Assembly (NCBI GenBank): GCA_963693365.1
Contig: CAVNZM010000001.1
Coordinates: 17,293,840-17,357,839 of the forward strand
Source: Amoebidium appalachense
Lineage: Eukaryota; Protista; Ichthyosporea
Direction: 5' to 3'
Length of the DNA stretch: 64,000 bases
The position numbers and the translations under genes are program-made. Below are positions 1 through 12,859 of this stretch, one piece after another. The notes below the pieces were generated by a model. That model had not been told where the DNA came from and made no database searches. It saw only the letters and a list, made by a program, of their open reading frames with translations. Positions within the stretch are counted from its first letter, which is position 1; each line of letters starts with the position of its first letter.

Positions 1-33
<33 letters not shown>

Positions 34-163
34 TGGGGGGCCCTTTATCATGCAACTCTCCCTATTGGGCCACCCACCCCCCGACCCTGGGCCTTGCATG
101 TGCAATACAGACTGTATGAGTAATTCAAATTTGACGGGGCAATTATATGGCGAAGAGAATGGC

Positions 164-165
<2 letters not shown>

Positions 166-246
<81 letters not shown>

Positions 247-395
247 CGGTGTGTGTGCCCTACGGTGTGTGTGTGCGTGTGTGTAACAGTGTGTGTGTGT
301 GTGTACAAATGTGTGTATGTGTGTACCGGTGTGTGTGCGTGTGCTGTGTGTGTGTGTGTGCGCGCACGCGCGTGTGTGTGTGTGTGTGCGTGTCT
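166..395. repeat. (GT)n microsatellite, representative of many (CA/GT)n, (GA)n and poly-C/G tracts in the window
   Basis: Directly visible; explains the HT/CV/P/G-run ORFs in the track. Confidence 0.99.
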
Positions 396-1177
396 GTGGC
401 GCTATAGTGTTTGTATGTGTGTTCACTAATATAATGCGCAAATGCTGTACAAGTGTATGGATCGTGTGTGGAGTTTGTGTGTTTCTGAGTTGGGCTCATT
501 ACAAGCTCCTGCACCATGGCCATGACGTGGGCGTGGCCATGGCCATGGCAACATGCCTGGAGTGCTTATGATTTGCAAACCATAGGGAGGCACGCCGTAC
601 GCGTACGCAGACTGCTATTGAGGATATAAATGTGATACGTTGAGGGCACATGTGTGGTCACGTGGACGCACGTAAGCAAGCACGTGTGATACGTTGGCGA
701 GCCGGGCCCGGTCCTGGCCCGGCCCGCCGTTCAGTCGCCCCGCCATTAGCCGCCAGCCCCCCGCTTTTTCGATCCAGTCCTACCATATATGGTGGACCTT
801 GCGCCCTTATATGGGTGAGCCCGATCTTGAGATCCAATCAAATAGATTCAGAAAAAGGTACCTTTTTCGGATGCGAATCAGAAAAATGATCCAGAAACGG
901 TTTGGGCCAACATCTTGCGTCCCCAGTAACCCGTGGGCCGCGAACTACTTTTACTGGCATTTGACCCAGAAGCCGTAGCACTAGTCCAACGGTTAACTTC
1001 CTCATGCCTTATTAGGCGACATCAAAACACACAATAACCAGAAACACACTAACAACAGCGACAATAATGTACAGGGGATACATAGATGATATAACTTAAA
1101 ATAAACTTCCATAAATTATTGATTGTATTAAGTAACTTTTCACTGACAATGACGATTGCTCCTATGAAAACCACAGA

Positions 1178-1529
1178 ATGGCCGACGACAACCAAGCACC
1201 CATGGCAGCTGCAGCCACTGGCTGCGATTTATTTGGCAGTTGATGCAATCCGTGATTCACCGGCGCCATGTGGATTACAACATCGACACACAGGCCGGCC
1301 GTTTTTACACGGCTGGCAACAGAAAAAATGTTGTGTTTCCGGTGCGCCAGCAGCAACGTTGGTCTGTTAAGACCAACGCCTTGCCTGGCCAATTCGCCCC
1401 AGCGGTGTACCAAGTGCCTCAATTATTCTTCCCCCCCCTGGTGCTCTACAGGCCGTGAGTTTTGACAGCGCAATGGGTGAGCCCATCGCCACATACATGA
1501 TGACAGTGGTACGTTTACTAATAACCCAC

Positions 1530-1562
<33 letters not shown>

Positions 1563-1591
1563 CACACACACACTACCGTTTCCGCGCCCCC

Positions 1592-1636
<45 letters not shown>

Positions 1637-1963
1637 CACACTACCGTTTCCGCGCCTCCCCCCCCCCCCCTCCCCCTCCCCCCCTTTCCCTTCCTCTTTA
1701 CCCCCCCCCCCCCCCCCCCCCTCCCGCGCCCGGAATAGAAGGGGGTGTGGGGAAGATATAGTTGGGACCATTGGAGAATGGTAAATGCGGTGGGGATTTA
1801 AAAAAGGTTACGGATAGTGTGTGTGCGTGTGCGCGCGCGCGCGCGCGCGTGCGCGCGTGTGTGTGTGTGTCTGTGTGTGTGGGTGTGTGTGTGTGGGTGT
1901 GTGTCTGTGTGTATGTAAGAGAGAGAGTGTGTGTTAGTTTGGTTAAAGTGTGTGTCTGTGTGG

Positions 1964-1994
<31 letters not shown>

Positions 1995-2146
1995 AGTGAA
2001 TGTGTGTGTGTGTGTGTGTGTGTGTGATGTGTATACTATGTATGTGTGTGTGGGTGGGAATAGGAAGGGGTGTGGGGGAAGATATAGTTGGGGCCATTAA
2101 TATTGGGGAATGGTAAATGCGGTGGGGATATAAAAAAAGGGTACGG

Positions 2147-2202
<56 letters not shown>

Positions 2203-2308
2203 TGGGTGTGTCTGTGTGTATGTAAGAGAGAGTGTGTGTGTTAGTTTGGTTACAGTGTGTGTCTGTATGTGTGTGTGAGTGTGTGCCAGTGTGTGTGTGT
2301 GTGAGTGA

Positions 2309-2340
<32 letters not shown>

Positions 2341-2433
2341 ATGTATGTGTGTGTGGGTGAGTCTGTGTGTATGTAAGAGAGAGTGTGTGTGTTAGTTTGG
2401 TTACAGTGTGTGTCTGTGTGTGTGTGTGTGTGC

Positions 2434-2493
<60 letters not shown>

Positions 2494-2720
2494 TTGTGTG
2501 TGTGTGTGTTTGTTATTGTATGTGTGATAGTGTGTGTGTGTGTGTGTATGTGCATGTGTGTGTGTGTTTCTCCTCACCCTCTCCCCTTTGCTTTTTCCCC
2601 CCTTCTCTCTATACCCTTTCACCCACCTATCTGGCCTCACTATATTGTTCCCTCTCCCCACATTGTTACCGCCTTCCACACCTATACTCTACAACCCCCC
2701 CCCCCCCCCCTCCCCCCCCC

Positions 2721-2758
<38 letters not shown>

Positions 2759-2970
2759 CGGCCACACAGAAAACTCACCCACACTATTCACCTTCATTTC
2801 CCCCACCCCCACCCCCCTCCCCCCACCCCCTCTTTTGCCCCCACTACCAGTAGGGAAACAAAAGAAACACACACACAAAAACAAATTTCCACACACACAC
2901 ACTCACACGTCACACACTCCCGAACACACACACACACACACACAATCATACACACACACACTGTCACCAA

Positions 2971-3066
<96 letters not shown>

Positions 3067-3620
3067 TAACAGTAATCTGTTGTTAACCCCACCCCATTAC
3101 TTATGCCCCAATGCCCCACAATTATATTTTCCCCCACATCCCTTCCTTTTCAAGTTACTCCCCTTCCCCCCCCCCCCCTCCCCCCCCCCCACCCCTTCAT
3201 TACCTTTGCCATTCACCCCCACCCACGCAACCCCCAAAACACAAACCTCCCCTACCTTCCCTTTATCACCAATCACTACAGGAAAATAGCCTGTACCAGG
3301 CAGTGGCTGCCAATTGGACGAAGATCACCGAAGTCATCTCTGCCAACTTCGCCAATGGCAACTTCCTTGCCAATCCACCCGTCCCTCCAATCCCCCCTGC
3401 ATTCAGTTACCCCATCATTACACCATTGGCAGCCAACGACCAAGACGACTTCAAGAAGGCCACATTTCGCCTGGACCGCAACATGGAGGTTAAGGTCAAT
3501 CTTCAGGGCGGGCAGACAGACATGAACCCGCAAACATGTTCATGTCTGGGCTCACTAACTTCCGGAACCTACCAAATGTTGATATGGCCGCTCAGATTAC
3601 CGGTATCCGGATGACACGTA
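1178..3620 (+). pseudogene. Intron-containing gene of unknown function inside the TIR element, frameshifted
   Basis: Exon-like pieces ~1178-1413, 1452-1508 and 3281-~3618 join by GT..AG boundaries into non-repetitive protein (HRRHVDYNIDTQAGRFY..AVYQ|AVSFDSAMGEPIATYMMTV|ENSLYQAVAANW..FKKATFRLDRNMEVKV). Frameshifts near 1240 and 3535. No family recognised. Confidence 0.5.
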
Positions 3621-3789
3621 TGTATATTGCTGAAACCATTCCCTACCCCACTCCCCCACATCTCCCCCCCCCCCCCCCCCCCCCCTCCCTGTACCCAATC
3701 TCTCACCCTTTTGCCCAACCCACCCTTTACCCACCCACATGTGAATCCTACCCCCACAAATGCCCATCCCCCACCCCTTTCCCACGGAC

Positions 3790-3823
<34 letters not shown>

Positions 3824-3901
3824 TGGTATCTGGTATAAAAATATAGTGAGAACAATGACTGTTATTAAAATCGACACAGTGTACTGGGTTCAAATCATAT
3901 G

Positions 3902-3938
<37 letters not shown>

Positions 3939-4079
3939 GTTTCAGGATGCTGGGATGGTTGGTTGGTTCTGTTGAAGAAAAAGGGAGGGTGGATCAGTGG
4001 GGGAGGGAGAGAGAGACAGGAAGACAGACAGTGAGAAGAGGAGAGGGGGAGGGGGGAGGGGGGAGGGGGACTTCAACAG

Positions 4080-4700
4080 CGTCCGCAGTGGAAATGGCGC
4101 AGGCGACAACAATGGTGCAGGGGTAGCTTAACATTGGGTAAAATGGATACACCAACTAGGCAAACTCTGTGACAACATAGGCAATGCAATTGGGTATGGA
4201 AGAAGGTTGCTGGTACTGTTAAATTAAAAGGATGGGAGGACAAATAGGACCATCACGGCCATGACTAGAACTAGGTATGCATAGATGTTGTTGTGGTCAC
4301 CATCTCCTGGTTATGCAGGCGCATAACGATGCAGGTGCATTATAGGCAAACACTACCAAACAAAACACATATGTATTCTTAAGGAAAAGCATGTGAGTGA
4401 TTAGAAGAACAAAGAGTCGTATAGCACATCGCCACAACAAATAAAAAGTTGCTGCCCTTTTGATAATGGTGAACCAGCCACCATACACAGAAACCCCCCT
4501 TAAACCCTTACACATACCGAGAAGATGATTCAAGTTCACCGAAAATTCACCCAAACAAACAACACCCCCTTGCTCCCCCTTGTTATGCATCCATGCCTGG
4601 CCTCCCCACCCGGCTCGCAGTCTGCATGCCGAAGGCTTATGCCCCCGTGTTTGTTGGGTCCACCTTGGGCCATCAGCCAGCTGTACATGTCTGTGACGTG
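4080..4700 (-). pseudogene. Highly decayed Harbinger-type (DDE_Tnp_4) transposase remnant
   Basis: Frame-broken motif echoes in the expected order: KGLRG..MVAGSP (cf. GFPG..IDGSH) and TIVVACAI (cf. IIVACCxLHN). Lies within the GGGC TIRs. Confidence 0.3.
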
Positions 4701-5129
4701 ATGACTCACTACATGAGCCACCTGGACAGCTGGATGGCGAACCGAGCCAAAAAACCCGGCTCAGCCCGGCTCGCCCAATGCTCATTTACAAGTGTCATTC
4801 CTTTAAATTTAAACCTCGTTGCTGATTAGCTAGTTTAAACTGCCCACTTGCATATAAGAGGTGCTCACACAAACGAGAATCGCCAGTCAAGAGGAAGGCT
4901 TGGCCGAGACAACAGCGAGAGGGTCTGTGCGTGTTCGTGCGCGTGCAACACTGTCTCTGTTGTCTGTATTGTGTCCTCCCCCCGCCTTTGGGCGACGGGT
5001 GAATAGTTTCGACACCGGGGAGGCTTTCTAACTGTAACCCAGGTAAGAAACTTTGCTTTTGGTAGTTTCCTGCGCCTTTAAGTGCGTTTGAGGAAATGTG
5101 AATTTCTGGACCTCAACCTGACCCCAACG

Positions 5130-7775
5130 ATGTTTCCAAAGCAAGAGACTTCACACATTACATTACATTACTTCAGACTTTGAGAATTTTGTGGATAGAG
5201 GGAGTGGAGTTAGAGATCAAATCAATGAGCTACGGTAACTGCTTGAAATGTCGCTCGTTGCAGTTGACTTGAAGAAAACGAGTTTATGTTTGTGGTTTCC
5301 ACCAGCAAAACTCGCTCTCTCCCTGTTAAGTGCACCATCCCCACCTTGCACTTCTCGGAAAGTGTGTTTTCTAGTTTTTTTGCATACCCTGTTCGTGGTC
5401 TTTTCTGCTGGATGTGTGGTTGAGCTTGCCTTGTTGCCGAACCGTTCTTGAAGAGAAAGTTTGACAAGCTAAGAAGTAAATTGGTTTCACTTCAGGCTCT
5501 GTTGGTGGTTGGAGATGGTTCTCTGTAGACCTACTTGCCTTGTTCTTCTGCTCTTTGTGGCTATTCTTTTTGCTTTTAGAATTAAACTCGTAGCTACTAT
5601 AACTATTGCGGCTGACACGATTTTGCATATAGCAAACAAGCTGGCATTGGCCTGCACCCTCACTTTTTAAGCATTTGCCTCCTGCAATGTGTATTTATTT
5701 TGTGGGGAATCCCGCTCTTCTTGGCTTTTATGGTTTATCTGGTGTTGTGAAGACCCTGGTGGTTTGCGTAACAATGCCTGCCAGTGATTTACCTATTAAT
5801 AAATATGTGGTTCATGCATGTGGAGGTTGCACTGAAGTGGCAACCAACCATGCAAAAGAACAACCTGATTTGGAAAAGGAAAGGAAAGAGCAGAAAGATG
5901 CATGTTTCTTTCTTATTTTCCTTTCTTGTAGCACACGTGTCAAAAGATTGTCCAAGTGCACACTTTCCCACACTGCGATTGCTTATGTGTGTGGCGTTCG
6001 TTGCTTTTCAGCGAAGAACAGCCAAGGGTAAAAAAAAGTGTGCTGACGTGGCTCTCTAACAGAAACTCCGACCCAATGTGTATAATGAGCGCGTCACCAG
6101 ATGTCTCAGCTAAGGTTACCGCCATGGTTGCACGGCTCAGGGAGCTGATGGAGGGGGCGGGCCAGCGGTAAGAGACTTGCATATTCTGGCTTGCAATGAG
6201 ACCTGCTGGCACGTGCACGAATGTAATGAGGAAACGATAGTTCTAGATTCGAACGGCAAGGGGAATAACTGAGCAAATCATATTTCCCCTTCATAGGAGA
6301 AGAGCGCTTGTCGGAAAACCTGAAGAATCAAAGGCAAACTATTGTGCATTGAGTCTGCTTGGTGCGTGCCTAATAAGAGAAGAAAGAGTATTCATAGTAT
6401 GTCGTTATCTGCCGGCGCACGTGTGCTCGCTCTAGCTCATGTGCACGATCTCGGCAGGATGAGCAGACTGTAGGGCCGCTGCTTCTGCAGCTGGAGACTG
6501 CTGAGATGACTCGTGAGATATTGGCGGTATGTGGCTCCAGTTCTTCCATGTGCAGATTAACTCTCAATTAGTCGAGTCTCTTGTGGCTTGCAAGATAGTC
6601 TTTTGTCGCTATTTAAAGCATTTCCTTTGCATTTCAGTGAAAACATGACTGCTTGGTATGCTCGTAAAGTCATCACCCAACGTTTGCAGGACGATTGTTT
6701 TTTCAGAATCCGATATTGTAACCAACACTTTTCGTGGCATACCGGAACACTTGGATTTGGTTCGCTATTCTAGCACATGCAAGGATGTTTGGTTAATGAA
6801 ACTTTCTCTCCCTTTCGTCTAGGTAGCTCTTTATGAACTGTACTTCTATGTTGAGTGTGTGCACTATAACATGGACGTTAACTTGATGTGTGCATCTACG
6901 ACTTTTCCAGTTCTCCCTTCGCCCAACGTGGACACTGCATCATTTGTATCCAAGTTTTCTCGTTTGGCCCATTAGATACACGAGAAAACCAGGGGCCTAC
7001 ATGGAAAGTGGTCTGACAACACCAGAGGTCACTTTAGTAGATTTATAGGCTCGATGTTGGGTGGCTTCCTTTGCTTGCTTTCTCTCTCGCCTATACCTGC
7101 ATACGTGTGTTCGAAAAAAATCTTTACATGCACTTGCAGGCATTGCAAAACTAGGCTCTGTATTCTGCTTTAAAGAGTGGTGCTGACTAGATGTCCCTCT
7201 CTCTATACCTGCGTGTGTGCGCGCGCAAACCTCAGCTTCGCAATGCAAGCACGTTATAATGCACGTGCTTGCATTTTCAAACGAAGTTTTCTACTCTTCT
7301 TTGAAGGGTGGTGCTGACTTAGTTTTCCTTTCAGGCTACACTTGCGGGTCATTGCGTGAAGGCTTTGAGAAAGTACACCACGGATCCGAATGTGTCGGCC
7401 AGGTACGAGTGTTTCTTTTTTCTCTCTCTTTCTTTCTTTACCTTTGGCGTGGCGGTGATGGTGTGTGTGCACGTGTGTGTGTGTGTGTGTGGGGGGGGGG
7501 GGGGGGAGGGAGCAGGAGGGAGGGGGAGGTATGTGTATGTTTAATAGTGAGAGAAAGGGAGATGTTTTCAAAATGGGCAGCAATGGGGCCCGAAAGTATT
7601 GGAGCTTCTGTGTCCTCTCTGGCACTATGATAGTATGGGCTGTTGGGACATTCATAGTAGAGCTTCTCTGTCGGCTTTAAGAACTTTTTGGCGCCCGAAG
7701 ATGCTTGACTTATTTTTTGATAGATTTGATTGGCCAAGGATTGGGTCGGAAGTGGGAGTGAGATGGGTGACTGTA

Positions 7776-7821
<46 letters not shown>

Positions 7822-8000
7822 TGTGTGTGTGTGTGTGTGTGTGTGGGGGGGGGGGGGGGGTAGAAGGGCCAAGCTGAGGTATGAAATGGCAAGTGGCTGG
7901 TTGTTGGAGTGCTGAGATGGCCCCTCCTCAGAGCACGTGAGCTGATCAAGACCTGGCAGGTCTTCCGTCCACTCCAAGCTGGCGCTCTATCTGCCCAGCC
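5130..8000 (-). pseudogene. Decayed Exo1/XPG-like nuclease relic followed by possible SWIM and YqaJ-like remnants
   Basis: Ordered frame-broken motifs: VDG..LPG (~7960; cf. VFDG..LP), VLKADREA and IIV..EDT..ILSG (~7590-7680; cf. VAPYEAD, TEDSDL), FGSVVYFLK (~7380; H3TH-like), FFRTHV (~7110), CTC..SHCK..ASLL (~6200; SWIM-like), HSLYPQ (~5195; cf. YqaJ HxYYxQ). Confidence 0.4.
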
Positions 8001-8048
8001 GGTACGATAATCCCCCCCCTCCACCCCCCCCCCCTCCCTCTTCAACAC

Positions 8049-8129
<81 letters not shown>

Positions 8130-9055
8130 AAAAAAAAAGGGGGGGGGGGGGGGGAGAAGGGGAGGGGGAGAAAGTAAGAAAGAAAAAGAGAGAGAAAGAA
8201 AGTTAATTAACCCCCAGCTGTTCGCCCTGAAGCCAAAATTGACAAGATTGAAAAATAGGAAAAAATCATCAAAAGCGGCCCAAGTGGACAAAAATGCAAC
8301 AAGCACATGTATATATGTCCGTATTTGTGTGCCATAAAAAAAGAACGGTGTGTTCCTATGCATCCGCACGTGTTATGAACACGTGATTTGTGTCGCTTTT
8401 GTCGACCGCGGCGGGGTTTCTTTCACGAAAGCTACGTAATATGAATCCCCGTAAAGATTTTAACAGATTGGATTGAAGCACTTATCAGTCGATCGATTCC
8501 AGGGTTGGAATTTATGAATCCCGGACATCCTCTTGCCGCCACCCTACGAAATTTGGGGGGTTGCTCGATGAAAATATAGACACAGTTAGGCTAAACACCC
8601 ACGCGAAGCAGAAAAACGTAGTCAACCCCGGTGTTTTTGGTGTCTTTCGAAAATAGAGAACATATACTAAATTAGACAAGAATTCCTGGCGCCAACACTA
8701 TTACGCAACAGGCGCTATTTAATTTCAAAGGTCGCTGATGCATTTAATTTTGAAAACGATGCTAAAATGCATCGGCGAACGGCTAGGGGTTAACGGCGCA
8801 AATATGAACAAGACCACGCTATGGTATGCGCACAGAGCCCCTCCTACCTGTGGTTTATCTGGTGAATTAGAGTAGGAGGGGATTTTTCCTGAGCATAGAT
8901 TTCACGTGTTCTTCTTGTGTTATGTTGGTGTGTGTAGTGCAATGTGGTACCGAGGTTTTCATAAACCAGGGCCTCTTGTAACTTCTGCATGCTTTTTCTC
9001 TGTAGTCTAACACCCCCTCCCCCCCCCCCCCCCCCCCCCCTCCCCCCCCCCCCGT

Positions 9056-9530
9056 TTACTACCCTGCGGCGTGGGTCAAATCTCATATTTTCCCCTCTGA
9101 TTGCGAATTCTGCGGCCTTCGGGACTTAATTCTTTTCAGCTGGTGTAGTATGTTAGCCAGGGAAGTATCGACTTAGGTAGCGACGGGGGAGCTTCCTAGA
9201 AGCCCCGTCTCCTGAGTTCCTATCTATATTTTTCTTGCTTCTGCTTACTGCTGCAACTTTAACCCCCGGCCTTTCCCACTGCCGTTGCCTGCATAAGCAA
9301 CCCTGCTCGTCTCTGATCAAGACGGGTGACCTACCCATGTTCACGTGAAACAGTATCTGAGTTGGGTTTCGTTAACGAGGTGAATAGGTCGAAACTCGGG
9401 TACTGTGGATGACGGGGGGCCCCCCTGAGGATGGGCTCTGCTTATTATGCACACTCTTTATGTATGGCTTGCATTCTGCATCGTGTTATCCATTTGTTCT
9501 TGTGTACTTCGTACTTTTTGACGCAATCAA
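9056..9530 (+). repeat. ~470-bp segment duplicated in inverted orientation at ~14912-15383 (eEF1B intron 3)
   Basis: Near-identical reverse-complement sequence; ORFs 9153..9344(-) and 15101..15292(+) differ at only 3 of 63 residues. Confidence 0.95.
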
Positions 9531-9639
9531 CCCCCCCCCCCCCCCCCCCCCCTCCCCCTCCATCCACCCACCCACCCACCCATCCCCTCACCTCCCCTTA
9601 TTCCACCCATCCCTCCCCGTCTGGGAAGTGTGTTCCACC

Positions 9640-9677
<38 letters not shown>

Positions 9678-9870
9678 CCCACCCACCCATCCCGCCCTAC
9701 TCCACCACCCACCCCCCGTGAATGGTTCGAGACTCTGGTGCTGTGGATGACTTGGCCCACTTCTGAGGATGGGCTTGGCTTAATATGCATGCTCCTGATG
9801 TGTGGTTTGGACTCTGCATTGTCTTGCCATCATAAACGTGTACTTCATACTCCATGACACATTCTAACCT
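9380..9870 (+). repeat. Two copies (9380-9530, 9718-9870) of the ~150-nt intronic unit family
   Basis: Shared core GTGAAT.G.TCGA(A/G)ACTC..TGTGGATGAC..CTGAGGATGGGCT and shared 3' part GTACTTC(G/A)TACT..TGAC. Confidence 0.9.
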
Positions 9871-9907
9871 CTTCCCCCCCCCCCCCCCAAACACCCACCC
9901 ACCACAG

Positions 9908-12121
9908 CGGGCAGACATATCCACACAAGGGGCCAATGGTCTGCTCACGGCCGGGGACAGCTCCCGCAGCAAGCGTGCAGGCAACGAGTCCCCCCACGAG
10001 CCAGACGGCAGCAAGAAGACCCGTGCCGATGGCCGTGTGTCCCCCCAGCACTCCCCAGGGGCCCAGTCCCCAGCAGGCCCAGTCAAGCGCCCACACGACC
10101 AGACCGAGGATGACCAGCACTCCAGCCAGCACCGCCACAAGAAGCACCGCCCAGACGACAGGGAGAGGGATAAACGCCCACCCTCAGTCTCGGCCGGTCA
10201 CAGCCCCCGCCCATCGTCACACACCCCAACACCCACCCAGCCGGCACAATCAGCAGCGGCAACACCAAAGGCAGAGACCGGGGATGGTCGGGCCACTACG
10301 GGAGCAAGCACCCGGCCAGGCACACCCAATCTGGCGGTGAGGAATGAAAGACCCACCACCCCAATGTCGCCGTCAAAGAAAGACAGAAAGGAGGGGGACA
10401 AGGAGGGGGAGAGGAAGAGGAAGGAGAAGAACGGGGTGGTGGATACGGCAACGGAGGGGGAGGCAAACGGGGAGAAGAAGCACAAGAAGAAGAAGGACAA
10501 GAAGGAGAAGAAAGACAAGAAGGAGAAGAAGGAAAAGAAAGACAAAAAGGACAAGGAGAGAGACAGGGACAGAGAGAGGGACAGGGAGGGCCGGCAGGGC
10601 AGTGCCCTTAGTCCCGTGATCAAGGTGGAGTCGGCTGAGCACGTGAGCAGGTCACCCCATCCGGCAGCATCCCCCAACATAAACGGCGCAAAGAGTCCGT
10701 CACCCACCAGCGCCAGTGCAAACGGTGGCATGGTTCACTGTGCCAAGGGGGGTGAGGTCAGGGTGAAGACCGAACCGGTGAAAGTGGAGGCGGGGGTTGG
10801 AGGCGAGCATGATAGGGCAGGGGCCAGGCAACCTAAAGATGGACGGGACGGAGAGAGGGAGAGAGAGAGAGATGGGCAGCACGGAGATAGAGACAGGGAG
10901 AGGGAGAGACCCAGGGAGAGAGATGGGAGGGTGCTTGAGAGGGTGGACAGCAGGGGGACCAGGTCACCGTCAGCACACCACCGCACAGACACGGCCCACA
11001 CCTTGGCACCCCCCGGCATTGGGGGTGACCGTAGCCCTCGGCCCAGGTCCCCACCCGATGTCAGATCCGGGCAGCGGTCACCCACCCCCCACACCATCAC
11101 CACGGCCCACCTACCTGCACCCACGGTGGATGACAGGGCGCCCGGCAGAGACCAGCAGGTGCCCTGTGCCCCGTCAGCCGGGCCTGGTGGGCGCACACCC
11201 ACCCCCGTGGCCGGGTCTAGGGGGAGCAGGGATAGCAGGGACCGGCCAGGCCAGCGCCCACCCACCCCACGTGCAGATGGGGGTGCAGCAGCGCTGAGGC
11301 CACACGAAGGAGCCAGCCCCCGGCCAGGCAGCCCAGCCCCACCCAGTGTCACGTTCACAGGCCCGACAGACACGTCTGGGCCGGCCAGTGGCCCCCCACG
11401 GCCCCCAAGTGCACCCCCTGCCCCACGGTCGGCAACACCCAGTGCCGATGGTGAGCGGCCACCGTCACGGCCCAACTGGGCTGACACGGGGGCCGGCATG
11501 TTCACCAGCCGCAAGTTCAAGCACTCGGTGTCGGGCAACAAGGGCGTCACGGAGATGCGGGGCAGGGCCCAGCCTGCTGCTGCAAAGCCCACCGGGAAGG
11601 AGGAGCCGGAGGATGGGGAGAAGGCCGACAGGAAGGACAAGGGCAGGGAGAGGGCCACACCCGTGCCCGTTGGAGGGGCCGGGAGCAAGGGAGACCTGCG
11701 GCCCGTCACCCCCCAGGCACCTACGGCAAGGGCAGCCCCCCCGACCATGGTTGTCACGGACGAGGTTGGAAGGGCCCAACCCCCCCAACCCACATCGGCC
11801 CCTCTGCCCCCCACCGCCCCACCTGCCCAGGTGGCGGCGTCAAATGATGCAGAGGAGGCAGCCCCACAGCCAATCATGTTGCCCCGTGCCAAATACATCA
11901 ACCTCGTGCCCGTGCTGAAGATACCCCCCAAGGAAGAGCCCACACGGGAGGAGAAGGATAAGGCGGCTAAGCTGGGAATATCACACGAGCGGGGGTCCTA
12001 TGCACCGGAGAGGAAATGGGTTGGCGTGGACGGCACGGTGGCTAAGGACGGGCGGTTCTTCAAGTGGAACGAGCGGATGCCGGATTCTGTGTTGATCATT
12101 GCCCCTTATACTTTCTTCTGA
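9908..12121 (+). CDS. Large terminal exon of a low-complexity (K/E/D-, R/E- and P/S-rich) protein; upstream exons not identified
   Basis: 2.2-kb open frame with gene-like codon usage, preceded by CTAAC branch site (~9865), pyrimidine tract and CAG (ending 9907); ends in TGA. No domain recognised. Confidence 0.65.
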   Translation, partial: RADISTQGANGLLTAGDSSRSKRAGNESPHEPDGSKKTRADGRVSPQHSPGAQSPAGPVKRPHDQTEDDQHSSQHRHKKHRPDDRERDKRPPSVSAGHSPRPSSHTPTPTQPAQSAAATPKAETGDGRATTGASTRPGTPNLAVRNERPTTPMSPSKKDRKEGDKEGERKRKEKNGVVDTATEGEANGEKKHKKKKDKKEKKDKKEKKEKKDKKDKERDRDRERDREGRQGSALSPVIKVESAEHVSRSPHPAASPNINGAKSPSPTSASANGGMVHCAKGGEVRVKTEPVKVEAGVGGEHDRAGARQPKDGRDGERERERDGQHGDRDRERERPRERDGRVLERVDSRGTRSPSAHHRTDTAHTLAPPGIGGDRSPRPRSPPDVRSGQRSPTPHTITTAHLPAPTVDDRAPGRDQQVPCAPSAGPGGRTPTPVAGSRGSRDSRDRPGQRPPTPRADGGAAALRPHEGASPRPGSPAPPSVTFTGPTDTSGPASGPPRPPSAPPAPRSATPSADGERPPSRPNWADTGAGMFTSRKFKHSVSGNKGVTEMRGRAQPAAAKPTGKEEPEDGEKADRKDKGRERATPVPVGGAGSKGDLRPVTPQAPTARAAPPTMVVTDEVGRAQPPQPTSAPLPPTAPPAQVAASNDAEEAAPQPIMLPRAKYINLVPVLKIPPKEEPTREEKDKAAKLGISHERGSYAPERKWVGVDGTVAKDGRFFKWNERMPDSVLIIAPYTFF

Positions 12122-12728
12122 TGAGTGATGGATACACGGGCAAAAATGCGAAAACCCCCCCCGAAAACGACGGACAAAAATGCGAAAAACCCAAACACGA
12201 AAAATTAACGAATGGAATATTACTGTGTGAGAAATGGAACAACAGACCTGAATGCACGAGTGATGGAATGTGACATGTTCCGGCAGCGGCGAAGACGAGA
12301 CAAATCGTTCGTGTGGGCAGGGAGCCAATGATCGTGTTATTCGGGCGGGGATTACAGGTACTGGTATATATAGTGAGGAGTGGAGTTGGTTACGAGGTAT
12401 GTGTGGGAGTAAGGACGAATATTGGGAGTGAGCAGGTGGGTATTTGAGTATGTTAAGGGGGTTAGATGTGGAGTGTTAACCTTTCTGTGTATAGGCATGG
12501 TGTATAGGTGTATACGTAAACATAAAATAAGGGAGTATGGGCGGGGTAAGGGTTCTGGATACCTCTTCTAGTTTGGGCAAGAATGCCAAAAAAATTGCCA
12601 TCTTGATGCTTGAATACTTATTACCCAAGAAATTTTTGTTGTCAAATGACTGTCTTTTTTATGAACGTTTGCTCGTATGGCTACAGGCGGTCACAGTAGG
12701 CACAGTTTGTTGGTTTCCACAGCACAAA

Positions 12729-12789
<61 letters not shown>

Positions 12790-12813
12790 GGGTCACACGC
12801 GCACACTGTGAGG

Positions 12814-12859
<46 letters not shown>

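Larger units (their letters stand above)
694..4778. mobile_element. Degenerate TIR DNA transposon, probably PIF/Harbinger-like
   Basis: Left end ttGGCGAGCCGGGC..tggcccggcccgccgttcag (694-733) matches the reverse complement of 4730-4778 (ttgGGCGAGCCGGGC..tggctcggttcgccatccag). GGGC-type ends are typical of Harbinger. No clean TSD seen. Confidence 0.55.

Noticed and set aside
9138-9226. tRNA or tRNA-SINE head (TGGTGTAGT..GAGTTCC)
   Set aside because: No cloverleaf, B box lacks GTTCRA, and spacing is wrong.
10735-11943. 402-aa antisense ORF and similar shadows over the Copia and transposase genes
   Set aside because: Expected antisense open frames of GC-rich coding DNA; no motifs.
12118-12160. 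CTGATGAG..CGAAA hammerhead at the ORF end
   Set aside because: Stems II and III do not pair.
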